Under the pieces are notes generated by a model. The model made no database searches, was not told the origin of the DNA, and saw only the letters and a list, made by a program, of their open reading frames with translations. From contig JAYWIR010000005.1 in the NCBI GenBank assembly GCA_036172245.1, positions 2,170,001-2,234,000 on the forward strand: a stretch of 64,000 bases of DNA. The letters run 5' to 3'. The stretch comes from Raillietiella orientalis. Lineage: Eukaryota. Both the position numbers and the translations under genes were made by a program. Positions 1-12,360 of this stretch are shown here, one piece after another (within the stretch, counting starts at the first letter, position 1; each line of letters opens with the position of its first letter).

Positions 1-3000
1 TATCACTGATCAAAGCAAACGCTCGAAGGCTGCAAGAGATGATGACGGCTCCAAGAACTGTCGGGATAAGAGCGATGGTTGTTGGTGGTGATAAAGAAAC
101 TATGAATGGAGGATCGAGTGAGGACTTAAGGATTCCCATTTTTTTTCCTCGTGGAAAAAGCGTCGCTTTCCAAGCTGAGAAGGACTTGCTGGTAAGACCA
201 GTCCAGGTGGTCAACTACATGCGCGGAACAGGTCTTTATGCATGGGAATCATGAGAAGCTGGTATGAATCTGATTCCCAGCTTTCCGGTTGGTGCTGTGA
301 CTAGACAGAACCTTTCCCTCAACTCATCCTGAAAACATAAGGAAGGCCTCTTGAAACCCTCTTGAACGCCTGGCAGAGAGCATCCCCCTCCTCTGGACCA
401 CTCTTCGTGTCATCCCGAGTGTTCAGGGGGAAGAGGAAGAGATCTCGTAGCAAAAGCGTGGGGATAAAGGAGAATTCCCTGACCTGGGAGAGACAGAAAC
501 GATGCGGCATAATGAAGGATGCGTACTCCAGAGAGGACTCTCTTCTTCCGCGGTTGCTGCTCCCTTCCACTGGAGGACGCAAGGCAGGAATGCTTTTCCC
601 CGACTCTCTCCTGGAAGCGTCAAGCCTAGGGGCCTCTCCCCAAACGGCGAAGCCGTCTCCGCGCTCTCTCCGTGGCAGACTTCGTGATGACAAGGAGTGC
701 AAAACCACTCTTCATGATTTCATTGACATGATAATGCTCCTTGAATAGGCCTCGAATTACGTGAGGTGAAACATTCTTAACAGACAAGATCGTGTGCAAC
801 ACCTTTAGATTTAGGGAAGGGTGGACAAATGCAGTGCGCCAAATGGTCCAAAGGTCCGTTGTAAGCTTTGACCTCAAGCTCAGCAACAAGGCAGCTGAAT
901 CTTCCTTTCGCCTCCAATCTCGAGGCGCTAAGCAAGGCGCTGACTGGACGATGAGGTTTTTGAAAGCCTCGGACTGCTTCTTGCAAGCGTTTCCTCCCGC
1001 CTGCTTAGCTTTTGCTCACTTACGCCTACCTTAGAACTGCGCGCGTGTTCTAGAATCTGTACGACCCCAAATTGGGCTCTTACCGGAAGGGTGGTTGAGA
1101 GGACAAGTACACGCGATGCACGGGTCTCCTCCGTTTGCTCCGACTCTACTGGACGATCTTGCCCTTCGAAGCCTCGAACCCATATCTAGCGCGCGTTTCT
1201 CCTGAACCAAGGTAAAGTGCTAAAACCTTTCTCGAAGGAAGGACTCTTTCGGAACGCTCACAAAAGCAATCTCGAAGACGGACGCTCCCGCGCAACTTCT
1301 TCGGAGGAGCGCAGCGGCTGGCGCTGGTGTGGAGAGCATCTGCAGAAGACCGCCGATCGATGGGATCTCAGAAGAGCTGCTCAGGCCTTCCTGACAGAAA
1401 GGTGCCCTCGGAAGAGAATTCCCATGCACCTCGGAGAAGAGATGGACCGATACAAAGTGATGAGACACTGTAGTTCCCGGAGGTGCCGAGTCGAAGCTCG
1501 TGCGCGCTCACATCTCGAGAGGTCTTAATCGCTTCCATGACCGCTTCTTCCTCGACGGTGGCTCTGCAGGCGGGTCCGAACGACCTGCGCGAAATCACGT
1601 CGGGGTTTCCGCGGAAGATGTGCTCTTGCGAAAGGCGCACACCAAGTCCACGTCGTGTTTGGGAAAATCGGGGACCTGCAGGACCACGAGGCGTGCTCCA
1701 TCCCATTATCACAGTGCCAGATTAAAGGTTGCAATGCGCTTGATAAATCAGCAGCTGATCCATCTCGCGTTGCTCAATCGAAGGCACTCTGCTGCTTGCG
1801 AAACCGAGTTTCACTGATGATCAAAGGATTAACCTTCGAGCAAGCAAATGATCACAGGCGAGCTGCCGCGTGCGCCGCCTGGAGTGCATTCGATCAGCGC
1901 GGAATTCCCAAGGAAGCATCCCGGCCGGAGGACGAGGACGACTTGAGAAGAAGACGTGTGGTTTCCGCCATCTGAGGTGACCCCCCCTGGGAAGAGGAAG
2001 TCGGTTTCCCCAACCGATGGAGTAATGGGACCCATCCGCGAGGTGGCAGCTAACGAGATGAAATGATGGCGCGCTGGAAGGCAATCGAGGCTAATTTTCG
2101 AGTTATCGGTGAGATCGGCGGAAGATGAGGATGCTGCATAGACGCTTCAGGTGATCCTCACGGAAGGATTTAGCCGAGGTGGCCAACCACCTTCAGTGCT
2201 CCTTTGAGAGGATCGACGCGAGGAAGACAGGAATGCGGTTTGTTAGCGGGAGAGGAGACCACCGGCCGGAGTCCACCAAGAACTTCACCCAGCAAAAACA
2301 GAGCTACACAGGACTGAAATTTTACAGATCAGTGAGAACGTGGATGCTGCACCGGCAACAGACGGCCACCTCGCCACCGTTCACGAAAAACCGCGTCGAA
2401 TCCTTCTCGAGGCGGGGGGTTGGGGGGAATGGAGGGATGCGAACCCAAGGGGAACCAAAAGCAAGACGAGTCATTCATCGTCCTTCCTCAAAAGAACTCA
2501 AAAAGAAGGAAGCAGGAGACGTTGCAGCGTTCGGCGAAAGGATTGCAAGTGGCCATGGAGCGGATGGCTCCATCTTGATAAGCCTTGTCTTGTGCTCCGA
2601 AGGACGCGCTCCATCCCTGTTGTCCGGGTGGCGACTGCATCGCTGATTTCAAATCTTCCTCCAACCACCCCCCCCGAAATCACTGCCTCGCGTGCGGTCT
2701 GCTTCCGCAGTCCCCCCTCCGCTTCCGTCCGAAATGATTTCGCAAAGATTCCCTCATCCCGTAAATGGATTGTTTCCCTCTTTGGTGAAGATGGGATTCT
2801 GCTGTGCAAAGACTTGTGACGAAACAAATCGCATCGTGGGCATCTCCTCCCCCAAGTCGTGAGACACCCAACCGTCTTTCCTGACACAGCAGCATTCTAC
2901 CACCATCATTGGGGAAGAGCATTCCCGGAGCATCCTCTGCGAAAACCTTCCCTGATGATGCAGTTGCTTTCGGCTTCTTCTTTGGTTTCAAAATTTGCCC

Positions 3001-3268
3001 AGGTTTTCCCCGGTCGGCATCACCGAGGACAATTTTTCCCTAAAGACGGCATCAGAACGCAGGAGCGCCGTCGCCTCCAGCGCACCAAGTCCTCAAAGTG
3101 GAGAGCGATGTAGAAGTGCATTCCACCGTTGTAGGTTCAGGAACTCTTCCTGCACTCGTGCGCGACTTCCTCAGGGATCAGTGGGTCTCGTTTCGGAGGT
3201 CGCGAAAGGTCACAGCGAAGCTCTGCTGTCCTACCGATGTCCCATCTGCCGGACGGGATCTCCGATGC

Positions 3269-5060
3269 CGAAATCTCGAAAGATCACAATAAATAAATAC
3301 GCACGTTTAGGATCCATGTGAATAGAATTAATAACATGCTTACTCCTATGTACTGTTGTATAGAATAATATGTATTATAAAGATGATAAGAAATACACAT
3401 ACATGCTTACTATGCACATTGCTCAAGTGCAATACACGTTTTCACATGTGTAATTTTCTTTTTTGCTTTTTTATTTTTTTGCCACTATTTATGATTGTCA
3501 CCGTTATTAATTTTTGTTTTTTAAATCCGATACTTACATATTCAGTTAATACATTTATTATATATGTAAATATATATTGATGTGTATAATAAACATATGC
3601 CTTTATTTTTTATAATCTTTCAAATATGTCTCCATAGCAGAATAAAACATATTATTAATTAAATTAATATTAATATGCATAACACACTGATTAATTAAGT
3701 TAATTAATAATTCATATGTTAATCAATACTGATGAATAAGTATGTTAGAATAACTTTGTGTATCAATTTATATATTACTATACACAATATTTTCTTATAA
3801 TCTTCATGATGCATACTAATCTACATACAAATATACATAATAGACAAATTCTTTTTTACTATGCTTACTTATTAATATACAAAGAAGTGGGGATACATGA
3901 AGCTTCTGGACCATCGGAAGACAAGCTTGGTTAAGATCCGGAGCAGCCTGGAAGCTTCAAGGAGAAGAACCGACAAACCAGGTCGGCGAGATGATTCTTG
4001 ACGTTAGCACGAGGAGAAAATTTTCCACCTTTGCGAGAGCTGCTGCATGGAGCAAGAAATCATCGCGATGCCTAGCGAAGAAGCATCTGGAACAAGGGGA
4101 AGAAACCATGTGCTGCGTCAGGCTTCCGCACAGCTCCTCGAGCTCTTTTCTTGCAAATGAGACCATTTGAGATTCACGGACTGCAGGTTCATCCAGGCTG
4201 CAAGGTTAAATCCGCTTTCCATATGAGGAGCTGCCAGAAGGACGGAAGCCAGCTGCTCTCATCGTCGCTGCAGCCTGTGAGACGACCTGTATTGCCTCAC
4301 GTGACAAATAGCCCCATCGGGCACTCTGTCTGTACACGGCCAGTCGTGACGACATATGGAGAAGAGGTAGAAACGGCGAGATGGGAACAGGTGTGTCCAC
4401 GAGCCAGCGTGTCCCCGGTATTGGTTCGACCCTGGGGTCACATCTGGTACTACAGAAGGGCAACAGGATGGTGGTGCTGGATGCAGCCTCCCCCTTTGAC
4501 AATGGAGAAGCCCCAGCATCGCTACGAATGAGAAAGCACCCAAATATCATGATGTTGCCAAGCAGAAACATCCAAGAAAGGAGTCGATGCAAAGGTGTTG
4601 TTCGTCACCATTGGACCTTTGGGGACTTGGGGCCCCAGCAACGAAACAAGCAGCGCTCCGTGAACTGGGAGTGCCGGTAAAATGAGGCAGTTCATGTTCG
4701 TCTCGTTCACCCTGTACACTGGAGGCATCTATTGGATGGACTCGTCGGCTTGGCCGATTACCGGATGACTTGTCAATCCTGCGACAAATTCATGAGGAGG
4801 AGCAGCTCTTGGCGGGAGTGGAAGACGTCAGCTGGATGCAGCCTTTATTTGTACCATCTTAGCTGACATCTTTGAAAATAAAAAGGGATACATTATGGGC
4901 TCTTGCACAATATACATAATAAACGCATGTGTTTATTTTTATAATCTTTATAATATATATTAATCTATACGTTAATATATAGTAATAAACATATCGTTAA
5001 TTATATTAATATATATCATAAACATGTATATACATATATTTGTGATCTTTCGAGATTTCG
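3269..5060. mobile_element. AT-rich TIR-bounded element, copy 1 (MITE/foldback-like), with a nested retrotransposon
   Basis: Perfect 21-bp inverted repeat CGAAATCTCGAAAGATCACAA (3269-3289) / TTGTGATCTTTCGAGATTTCG (5040-5060), located exactly at the GC-to-AT transitions. Sampled interior lines have 9-11 G+C per 60 nt. Confidence 0.7.
3899..4884 (+). mobile_element. 5'-truncated, decayed RLE-type non-LTR retrotransposon (NeSL/Utopia-like)
   Basis: Frameshifted translation: SFWTIGRQAW...HLEQG...SSSFLAN / LRFTDCRFIQAARLNPL (cf. Utopia RFADWRFIHRARLN) / LPHVTN / HLVLQKGNRMVVLDAASPFDNG / NEKAPKYH / VTIGPLGTWGPSNE / ALRELGVP. It ends in AATAAAAA and is flanked by the direct repeat GGGATACAT (3890-3898, 4885-4893). 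Confidence 0.8.
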
Positions 5061-5096
5061 ATATTCCCGACTTTCTACAAAACCCTTAGATCTTGA

Positions 5097-5134
5097 GATC
5101 TGGAATCCCAGAAATGTTTCTGGTATTCCAGATC
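5097..5134. repeat. Near-perfect palindrome, 18-bp arms
   Basis: GATCTGGAATCCCAGAAA-tg-TTTCTGGTATTCCAGATC (17 of 18 paired). Confidence 0.85.
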
Positions 5135-5872
5135 CCAGAAACATTCCAGCCTCTCAGTGCACACCAAGAATCCGGAACAAGGTTGCGCGGGACGAAAGGA
5201 TCTTTCGGCTTGGCCAATCTCTGGCTTGTTTCGCGCTCAAATTCCAAAAACGAAAGCAGAGAAGTGGGCACTAAAGATGGCCGACTTGCTTGCCGCACGC
5301 CTCACCGTCCCTCTGATCCGACACGCCGCGCATCCCTCCATCCCAGGAGACGGAAAGTTAGCACGCTTCGGTTCTGACCAAAGCCGCAAGACGCGTCTTG
5401 TTGGCAGGCGCTTCGTGTCGCCACAAAGGAGAGACCCTGACGGATAGCCTTCTTGCTACCGGAAGTGGAGGTCCCTGACAGCGTTGAGACTTCCTTCGAG
5501 CACGCGACCAGCATGCGGATGAGGCGCTAAGCGAGCACGCCGGATGGGAAGAATTTGAAAGGGAAGAGGAGAGGAGCTCCTTGGGTCGCGTGCTCAAAGT
5601 CCTTGCTGGACGCGTCTCCTTATCGGAAATCGTGGTCCTTCTGAAGAGATCGCTGCAAGCCATCCTTTCTCTGATCTCCGAGACCCAACTGTTCCGAGAC
5701 TGGGAACCCTCTGGATTTGTTCTGCGATCCCGAGACAGCGCTAGATATCTCTCTGAGGGAGTCACCTCCGTTCATGAGTTGGACGCAGGCTGCAGGAGGC
5801 TGGTGGATCTTAGAGGAGAAGCTCCGTGAACTCGCAGATCCCAGCCGCACTCTCTCTGCCTCGGAAGGGTTC

Positions 5873-8150
5873 GAACTCTCCGAAGAGTCTGCTCAAGCTA
5901 CGATGAGAACGTTTTTTGGGGGAAATTGCCAGCCCCAGAAGGTAGCAGGAATGACGCCAGAATTTCCAAGAAAAAAATTCCTCGACGGTGCTCCATCATC
6001 GTACCCTCCGTTCCTGCAAGTCGCAGGATTCTTTTGCGAATGCTGGTCTTCTCAGTCCTCGAACAGAGTTTGAAAGTGTTCCTCCATCAATCTGAGAAGG
6101 GGCTGAAAAGGATATGCACTTCATCCACCACTCTTAAGCAGGCTTCCTCTGTCATCTTGCCTCCTATTGGCAATGGCAGGTGATCCCTGCCTCCGAGAGA
6201 AGCCAGCTAATCCTGTCGCTAAGGAACCAAGCTGATGGTTCAGAAGAGCTTCGGCAGGGAGGCCATACCTTTCGGGCCCGTTCCAACGGTGAGAGCCTCC
6301 CCGAATGACCTTCAGCAGCAGGGTTCGGCTCTCGCCAGACGCGACAATTCATCGAGACGGCGGATGGGATGGGGCCACAGACGGCCCGCAAAACGCTTTT
6401 TTCTCTCTTGGAGCTTCGATTAAACCCACCACGAAGATTCCCATTGTCCAGACAACTTCGCCCTCCTCCGTGACCCCTTCGTTCAGAGTAAGAGTACACC
6501 CAAGTTGCGCGGCGAATCTCCAGCTTCATGACCTTACACAATGAGGCATTGTTCCCCCGTCATCTGCATGCTCTTCTGACATGGGAACTCTTCCGTTCCC
6601 TCTTTCTGGGAAGTCGGAATAAGGCTCACTTTGTTAATCAGACGAGATGCTGCTTCGGCCACGTCGCAGAGCCTCTACTTGAGATAAGAAAGCCGGCCGA
6701 GATAAACAGAAGGAGAAACCCCCGCAATTCGTCTGTACTTGGCGGTCATCGGGATGTCCTTGAAAAGCATGACGTCACGGCATTAGAAATCGGCGGTGTC
6801 GAATTCCAAGAAATACCTCTGAAGGAGTTCTCCGAAAGGACGGCCCGTTCCCCTGACCAGAAACGCCCAGCTCCGCTGTGGCGAGCGTCGAATCGAGGAA
6901 ACCCCGACGGCCATTCCGTTTGGCAGACGAAAGCACCGGACAGTGGAAAGGGGCAAGAGGAACTTGCTCCGAAGAGGCGCTTCTTTCTAGATGATTCCAC
7001 TTGGACGATTTCCGAGTGCACCTTCCACACCATACTCTTCGTTAGGTAACTCGTTTTTTTTTTTCTTTCTTTCCGGGAGCGTTGGAAACCTCTTGTCTTT
7101 CAAGAGCTATTTGCCCTGCTAAAGCTTTCGGGTAATATGTGCTGCTGAAGACAAGCTACCTTTGAAAGAGATGACCCTGGCATCAACAGACACGACTACG
7201 ACCACATTTATTTATTTTTTTCCACCCTGAAGACCTGACCTTGTTAGGGATTCGCATCCAGCATTTTTATCAAGGAACTTTCCTGCGCTCTCTGCTTGAG
7301 ACGGAAGGCAGGGCTTCAGCATCCAGAGATCGTCGCAGCTCTTCTGCAAGAACTCTGCGGATTTTCGCCAGAGAAGACGCTCGCGCTTTTCGGAGCCTCC
7401 CAGAACTGGTTTCCTAAGAAAACTCTGCACTGCTGATGCTCCGCTTCGGAGCCTGCTTCGGAGTTATCCGGAATGACCCACACACACACCTAAAAGGAGC
7501 CGCGTGACTGCCAGGGCTTCCCATACCGCGAGGAGCTTCGATTTTTCAGCCGCGTCGATACACCACAGCTGGCTGCCTTCCTGGATTTTGCGTGAGAGTG
7601 TTTTGGTGTTTCGTGACCCGGTTTCCGCGACTGCTCGTTTGGAACTCCCATCCCAAAGGGAACTGCCTTTGTTGATGCAACGGCCATCTTGCAGCTTGGG
7701 ATGCAGTGGACGTTGCCACCAAATACTCTACAATATTGCATGCTCATCTTGCTATCCCGCATCGAACGTGCGCAGAGTCCGCAAACGCGCCGAGGTCCTG
7801 AACCCCCCGCCGTCGCACTGATAACAGCTCCTTGCGTAGCACCTCCGGGAAGAACTCCCTTTACATGTCCATCATCGAAGCCCCGTACCATCAAGGCGCG
7901 TTCCTAACCACAGTGCGATCGAGACAGAAGGAAAGGCGAATGACCTCTGCTTCGAGGGTCCTCAGAGGAAAGAGAAAACATCGCTCCTCCTCTGAAAGCA
8001 CCCGCGAAAGAAGTCTCCGACTTGCAAGAATGGAGATGCGATAATGAAGCAACCCCATCGTCGAGAAATTTTTTTTCTTGGAAATTCTGGCGACCCTTTC
8101 TTGGACTGACGATCTCCCATCGGAGCTTGTCTGGACCCTTCGGAGAGTTC
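5873..8150. repeat. Inverted repeat pair, family B (arms 5873-6044 and 7997-8150)
   Basis: The arms align as reverse complements, including an exact 23-mer CGCCAGAATTTCCAAGAAAAAAA (5955-5977 vs 8070-8092). Confidence 0.75.
7500..7920 (-). mobile_element. Fossil LINE reverse transcriptase fragment
   Basis: MVRGFDDGHVKGVLPGGATQGAVISA resembles the RT motif GVPQGSVLSP, followed at the expected distance by a degenerate (Y/F)ADD-like segment. Confidence 0.4.
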
Positions 8151-10308
8151 AAGTCGTCTCCTTTTCCTCTGACGCCAAGAAAAGAACTGGGGTTGGGACC
8201 TTTCGGCTTCCGGCCTTCCAGTTGCGTGCTCCTTTTTGGCTGCAGATGGCCGCCGGCTTGCAAAGCCACGACGTGTCTCGCGTGAGCTCTTATGAAGACG
8301 CCCTCAGGAAGGGCGACCTCCGCTTTCACTTTCAGCTGCTTTCCAGTTCCGTTTGCGCGATTCCTGCGCACCCCAATCAATCAATTTGCCGGGTTGTTCG
8401 GATCTCACCTATCCAGACGAGAAGGTTTTTCCCACTCCTCCCTACCCATCTCGTCCGAGGCACATGATCCGAAAAACAGATGCGTCCGCCGCCACCGAGT
8501 TTTGTGGCTTGTCAGTTGCTACGAGCAGCGCGTCGTATTCTGCGCCAGCAGCGTTGTTCCTTTCCTTTGGTATTCCTCCGCGTGTGTTCACCACCTCGCA
8601 GCCCTCCTGCCATCATCCCTTCTCCACCCGCCTTCGACTTTCCAGCAGCGATCCTGTTCCCCTTTCGATCCGCGGACTTCCGGCGGTCACCTCAGCAGCG
8701 GCGGAGCTGCTTTTCTTATGAGAGTGACCCTTCCTTGAGACTCGCTCCAGAACGTCCGTGGATTCGGCAGCTCAAGCGTGAATGGATGCAGTTCTTCCTG
8801 GGCTCGCCCCCGAAAAATTGCTGGCGCCCTTGCTGGCCTTTCAAGATGCACTCCTGAGCGTTTGAAGGGGGAGGGAGGTTCTCTGGAAACGTGGTGGTGC
8901 CAACACTTTTGGTTTCGGCCCGCTTGAAAAAAAAAGCAGAAGAGCAGCTCCCGTTCGGTTCCGCGCATCAGCTCCTCCGAAATTAAATGGCGATCCTTCA
9001 CGGGTTCCTGAAGAACTGCGAGGACGGTCCTCTGCAGCGAAGAGTCACTTCTTGGCCAGCACTCTTTCTCGACAGTTAGCTCGGATGACGACTGGCATAA
9101 AAACCAGAAAAGCACGGCTGCGTCTCGGAAATCGCTGCTTCCAGGAGGAAAATGATCGCTTTCCTTCTAGAACCTCCCCCACTCCCACGAAGAATCGGCG
9201 GCCGTTGCCATGTCGCCGACATCCCTTTTGCGCAGCCAGCCGTACTTCCATCCTGAACCGCGGAAAATCTTCGACGCGAGGGACCAACGTTCCTCCACCC
9301 ACACGAAACGATTCGAGCGGGTGTGATGAAAGCAGCAGGGAAAAGAAAAAAAAAGTGTGGGTAAATTCTTTCTCGTTCCTGGAAATGCCCTCCGGGGTCT
9401 CGTCTGAGAGCTTTCACTCTTTCGCTGAGCCGCAGCTGATTCCACATGATTGTGCATCTCTTCTGCAGCCCTGAGCTGGATCCATCAGAATTCATTTAAT
9501 TTGGGACCTGGAAGGCCGCTTTCCTAAATGACTCCATCCGTGGAAGGAGGGCTGGAACAGACTAACGGGAAGAGCACTTTCCCCCGTCGAAAGGCGCGCC
9601 GATCAGCGGCCCAGGAGAAGCAGGAGGGGAGATAACGGTGCCCTTTCGCACCTCTGCCGACGGCAGCCGGCTGCTCTCGGGACAGCGCGCGTCCCCTCCC
9701 CTCCCCCGCGGAGGCCCCTTCAGGACCGGTACCTCTGCAGCCGCGAGCGGGTACACCTGACGTCAGAAGCCTTTTGCGACAGCCAGGAAGTCGGCCGCGC
9801 CTTCTCCCTTCCCGGCTCGCGGGACTACAGCCACGAGAGCTCCCCGAGAGCCGCGACCTCCAAGCTCCTCCGTAAAGCGATGCGTCGCCTCCCGAGTGCT
9901 CGGCTATCCGCTCTCTCGCCAGGAGAGACCTCCTGCGCCAGTCAGCGGGGGTTTCTGCTCGATCGCTACGAAGAATGTCCGTCCCGGCGCTGACCTCTCG
10001 CTCGCACGTACACGCCTCACGCGTTCCGAGCGTACCTGCTGTCTTCCACGCGACCACGCACAAACAACACGGCTGTGCCACCTGCGGCCCCTTGCGATTC
10101 TTTTTCTTGCGTTCGCTGCTGATCGTAAGGATGCTTTTGCCACCATCGCGGATGAGGTCAGCTACCACGAGAAATGCATTTTTGTGGGGAGGCGCTTTTC
10201 CAGTGCGGCTTGAACCGCACGCTTGCCGGGCAACCTTGGTCCTATACCTGGAATCGTTCAAGTGGCCATTTTTAGCCAGTCATCACCATTCGTTACTGAC
10301 GGGTCAGT

Positions 10309-11360
10309 TCAAAATCCTCAAAGATCTTAAAACGAAAGGCACATGTTTATTACACATTTTCATATATGAATTCACATGTAGATTAACGGATATGTTAATA
10401 TGTATTATCACGATTGTGGAAAAATTAATATAAATGCCTATTAGGCATATTAGTATATACGTAGGGTAATGCACAAATTTATTTTAGCACACACACTATT
10501 AATAGCAATGTTCTTTTAGCATATATATGTGTTGACACAGATTTTATTTATAATTATACATACTACTTTATTAATAATTATACACATATTATACTATTAT
10601 ACATACATATATATATAGATGGATTAATAGATAAATGAAGATATATTTATTGTTAGGATTATAAAAAATAAATATGTGCTTATGATGTACATCAATGTAT
10701 ATTCATCTGTATGATTATTATATGTAATAGATATATATTAATTGAATATAGAAATATCGAATTGTGAAAAATGAAAACCAATGATGACAGTTAAAAATAA
10801 TGGGAAAGAATAAAAAGGCAGACTTATTAGAAAAACAAACAAAGGAATTTGGTATTCCGTTTTCCTGTCATTTCAAACACAATGAATGACGCTTTCTCAG
10901 TAAACGAGGAATTCCATTTTTGGCATTGTGATCGTTCGATAAATACATATGTGCATAAATTATTATATGTATAAATGTAAGTTGATATTTTGATGAACGC
11001 ATATATATATTTTTTATCATCTTCATCATATGTATTAATAATGCATATTAATGAGTATCATTATTTGCATAATTAACAATATGTATTAATAAATAACAAT
11101 ATGTATTAAAATAAATGTGTATTAATCTATATAAAAATAAATAAATAAATGTCGATATACACATATATATACTTACCTCCATACACGTCGATAATACGTA
11201 TAAAACATATCAATATACATATATATGTATATATGCATAAAAAATATATCAATATTTATTTTTTTATAATCTTTAGAGTACTCAAATTAATCTGTGTGCT
11301 AATTAATAATAAACACAATAAACAAATGCCTTTATTTTTAATGATCTTTCGGGATTTTGA
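10309..11360. mobile_element. AT-rich TIR-bounded element, copy 2
   Basis: Imperfect ~44-bp inverted repeat: TCAAAATCCTCAAAGATCTTAAAACGAAAGGCACATGTTTATT (10309-10351) versus the reverse complement of 11317-11360, TCAAAATCCCGAAAGATCATTAAAAATAAAGGCATTTGTTTATT. It shares the AAATCYCGAAAGATC core with copy 1. Confidence 0.7.
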
Positions 11361-11439
11361 TCGTTAAGGAATTTGATCGGCACCGTGACGAGAGTACCGT
11401 CGACGGTTTGAATCCGCCTCAGCTGCCCACTTTTCCTTC

Positions 11440-12360
11440 CTCATCCGGTTACCATGAAGGCGTCTAAAACTCTCCACTGCACCTCAACAGACACGGCAGT
11501 AGTTGACCTCTTGTCTCACGCCGTCATGCGACAACGCCCCTTGACCTTCGCGATTACATCCGTCGATTCACAAATGAATCGTGGGCTTTCGCGGGTCCCG
11601 CAACTTTCGCGAGCTGTCGCCGTGCCGGGAACCGGAACCAGGGGGCCGTTTCCGTATCCCCTTCCGAGTTTGGGATGCGTGAAGCATCCGTCCCGCCCAC
11701 AGGGTTTTGTCTTCTGCGAGCAAACCGCGAATGCAGCGAAGAACGACGACGCGGGCCTGACCGCCTGCGGGATGCCAGCAACCGGGGAACTGCGCAGTCG
11801 AGGCACATCCGGCAGCCTGTGGAGGGAACTCCCCTGAAAAGGTCGCCATGCTGCCTCTCGGGAGCGACTCGGCTCGCCTGAGAAGTTCGCTAGAAAGAGC
11901 CACGACGTCTCCACAGAATTCTTCAGTCGGTCTGGAGTGGATCCGCGCGCGTGTGAGGTCGAAACTCGATGTAGCTCTATCCAGGACAGAGATACGAGCA
12001 TTCGCTTGCAGCATCAGCGGTCAGGACCCGATGCGCTTTCATTTCGACCACCCCAGGAGGATTCGCGCGAGAACTGTGCCCTAGTCGAAGGGGGGAGCTC
12101 GGAGGTGGTCTCTGCGGGTGGCAAAATTCACCCGGGAAACGAGCTGCAGCACCAGGAACGATCTTGGCCTTCCCTCCCGTCCCGCGATCATCGCGTCCTC
12201 AATACGACGGGTAGCCCAGAGAACGCAGTCCCGGCGTGAGGGTCGGGCGCCGGAAGTCGGTAACTGCGTGAATCAGATCGTCCCGTGTGAATCGCCTAAC
12301 GTTGATGACCAAGCAGTGTGCATCGTGGATCCTCAATCGAAACCAAGATGGTGCTGCCCT
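11440..12360 (-). mobile_element. Fossil LINE (possibly RTE-like) reverse transcriptase
   Basis: Very degenerate motifs in the right order (DFRR; ARISVLDRATSSFDLTR; GL...KT; NGPLVPV; IAKVKGR). Recognised by eye only. Confidence 0.3.

Noticed and set aside
3356..3580. Small Ile/Phe/Tyr-rich ORFs in the AT islands (also 11149-11367); possible organellar insertions
   Set aside because: Compositional artefacts with no mitochondrial gene or tRNA similarity seen; the TIRs explain the islands better.
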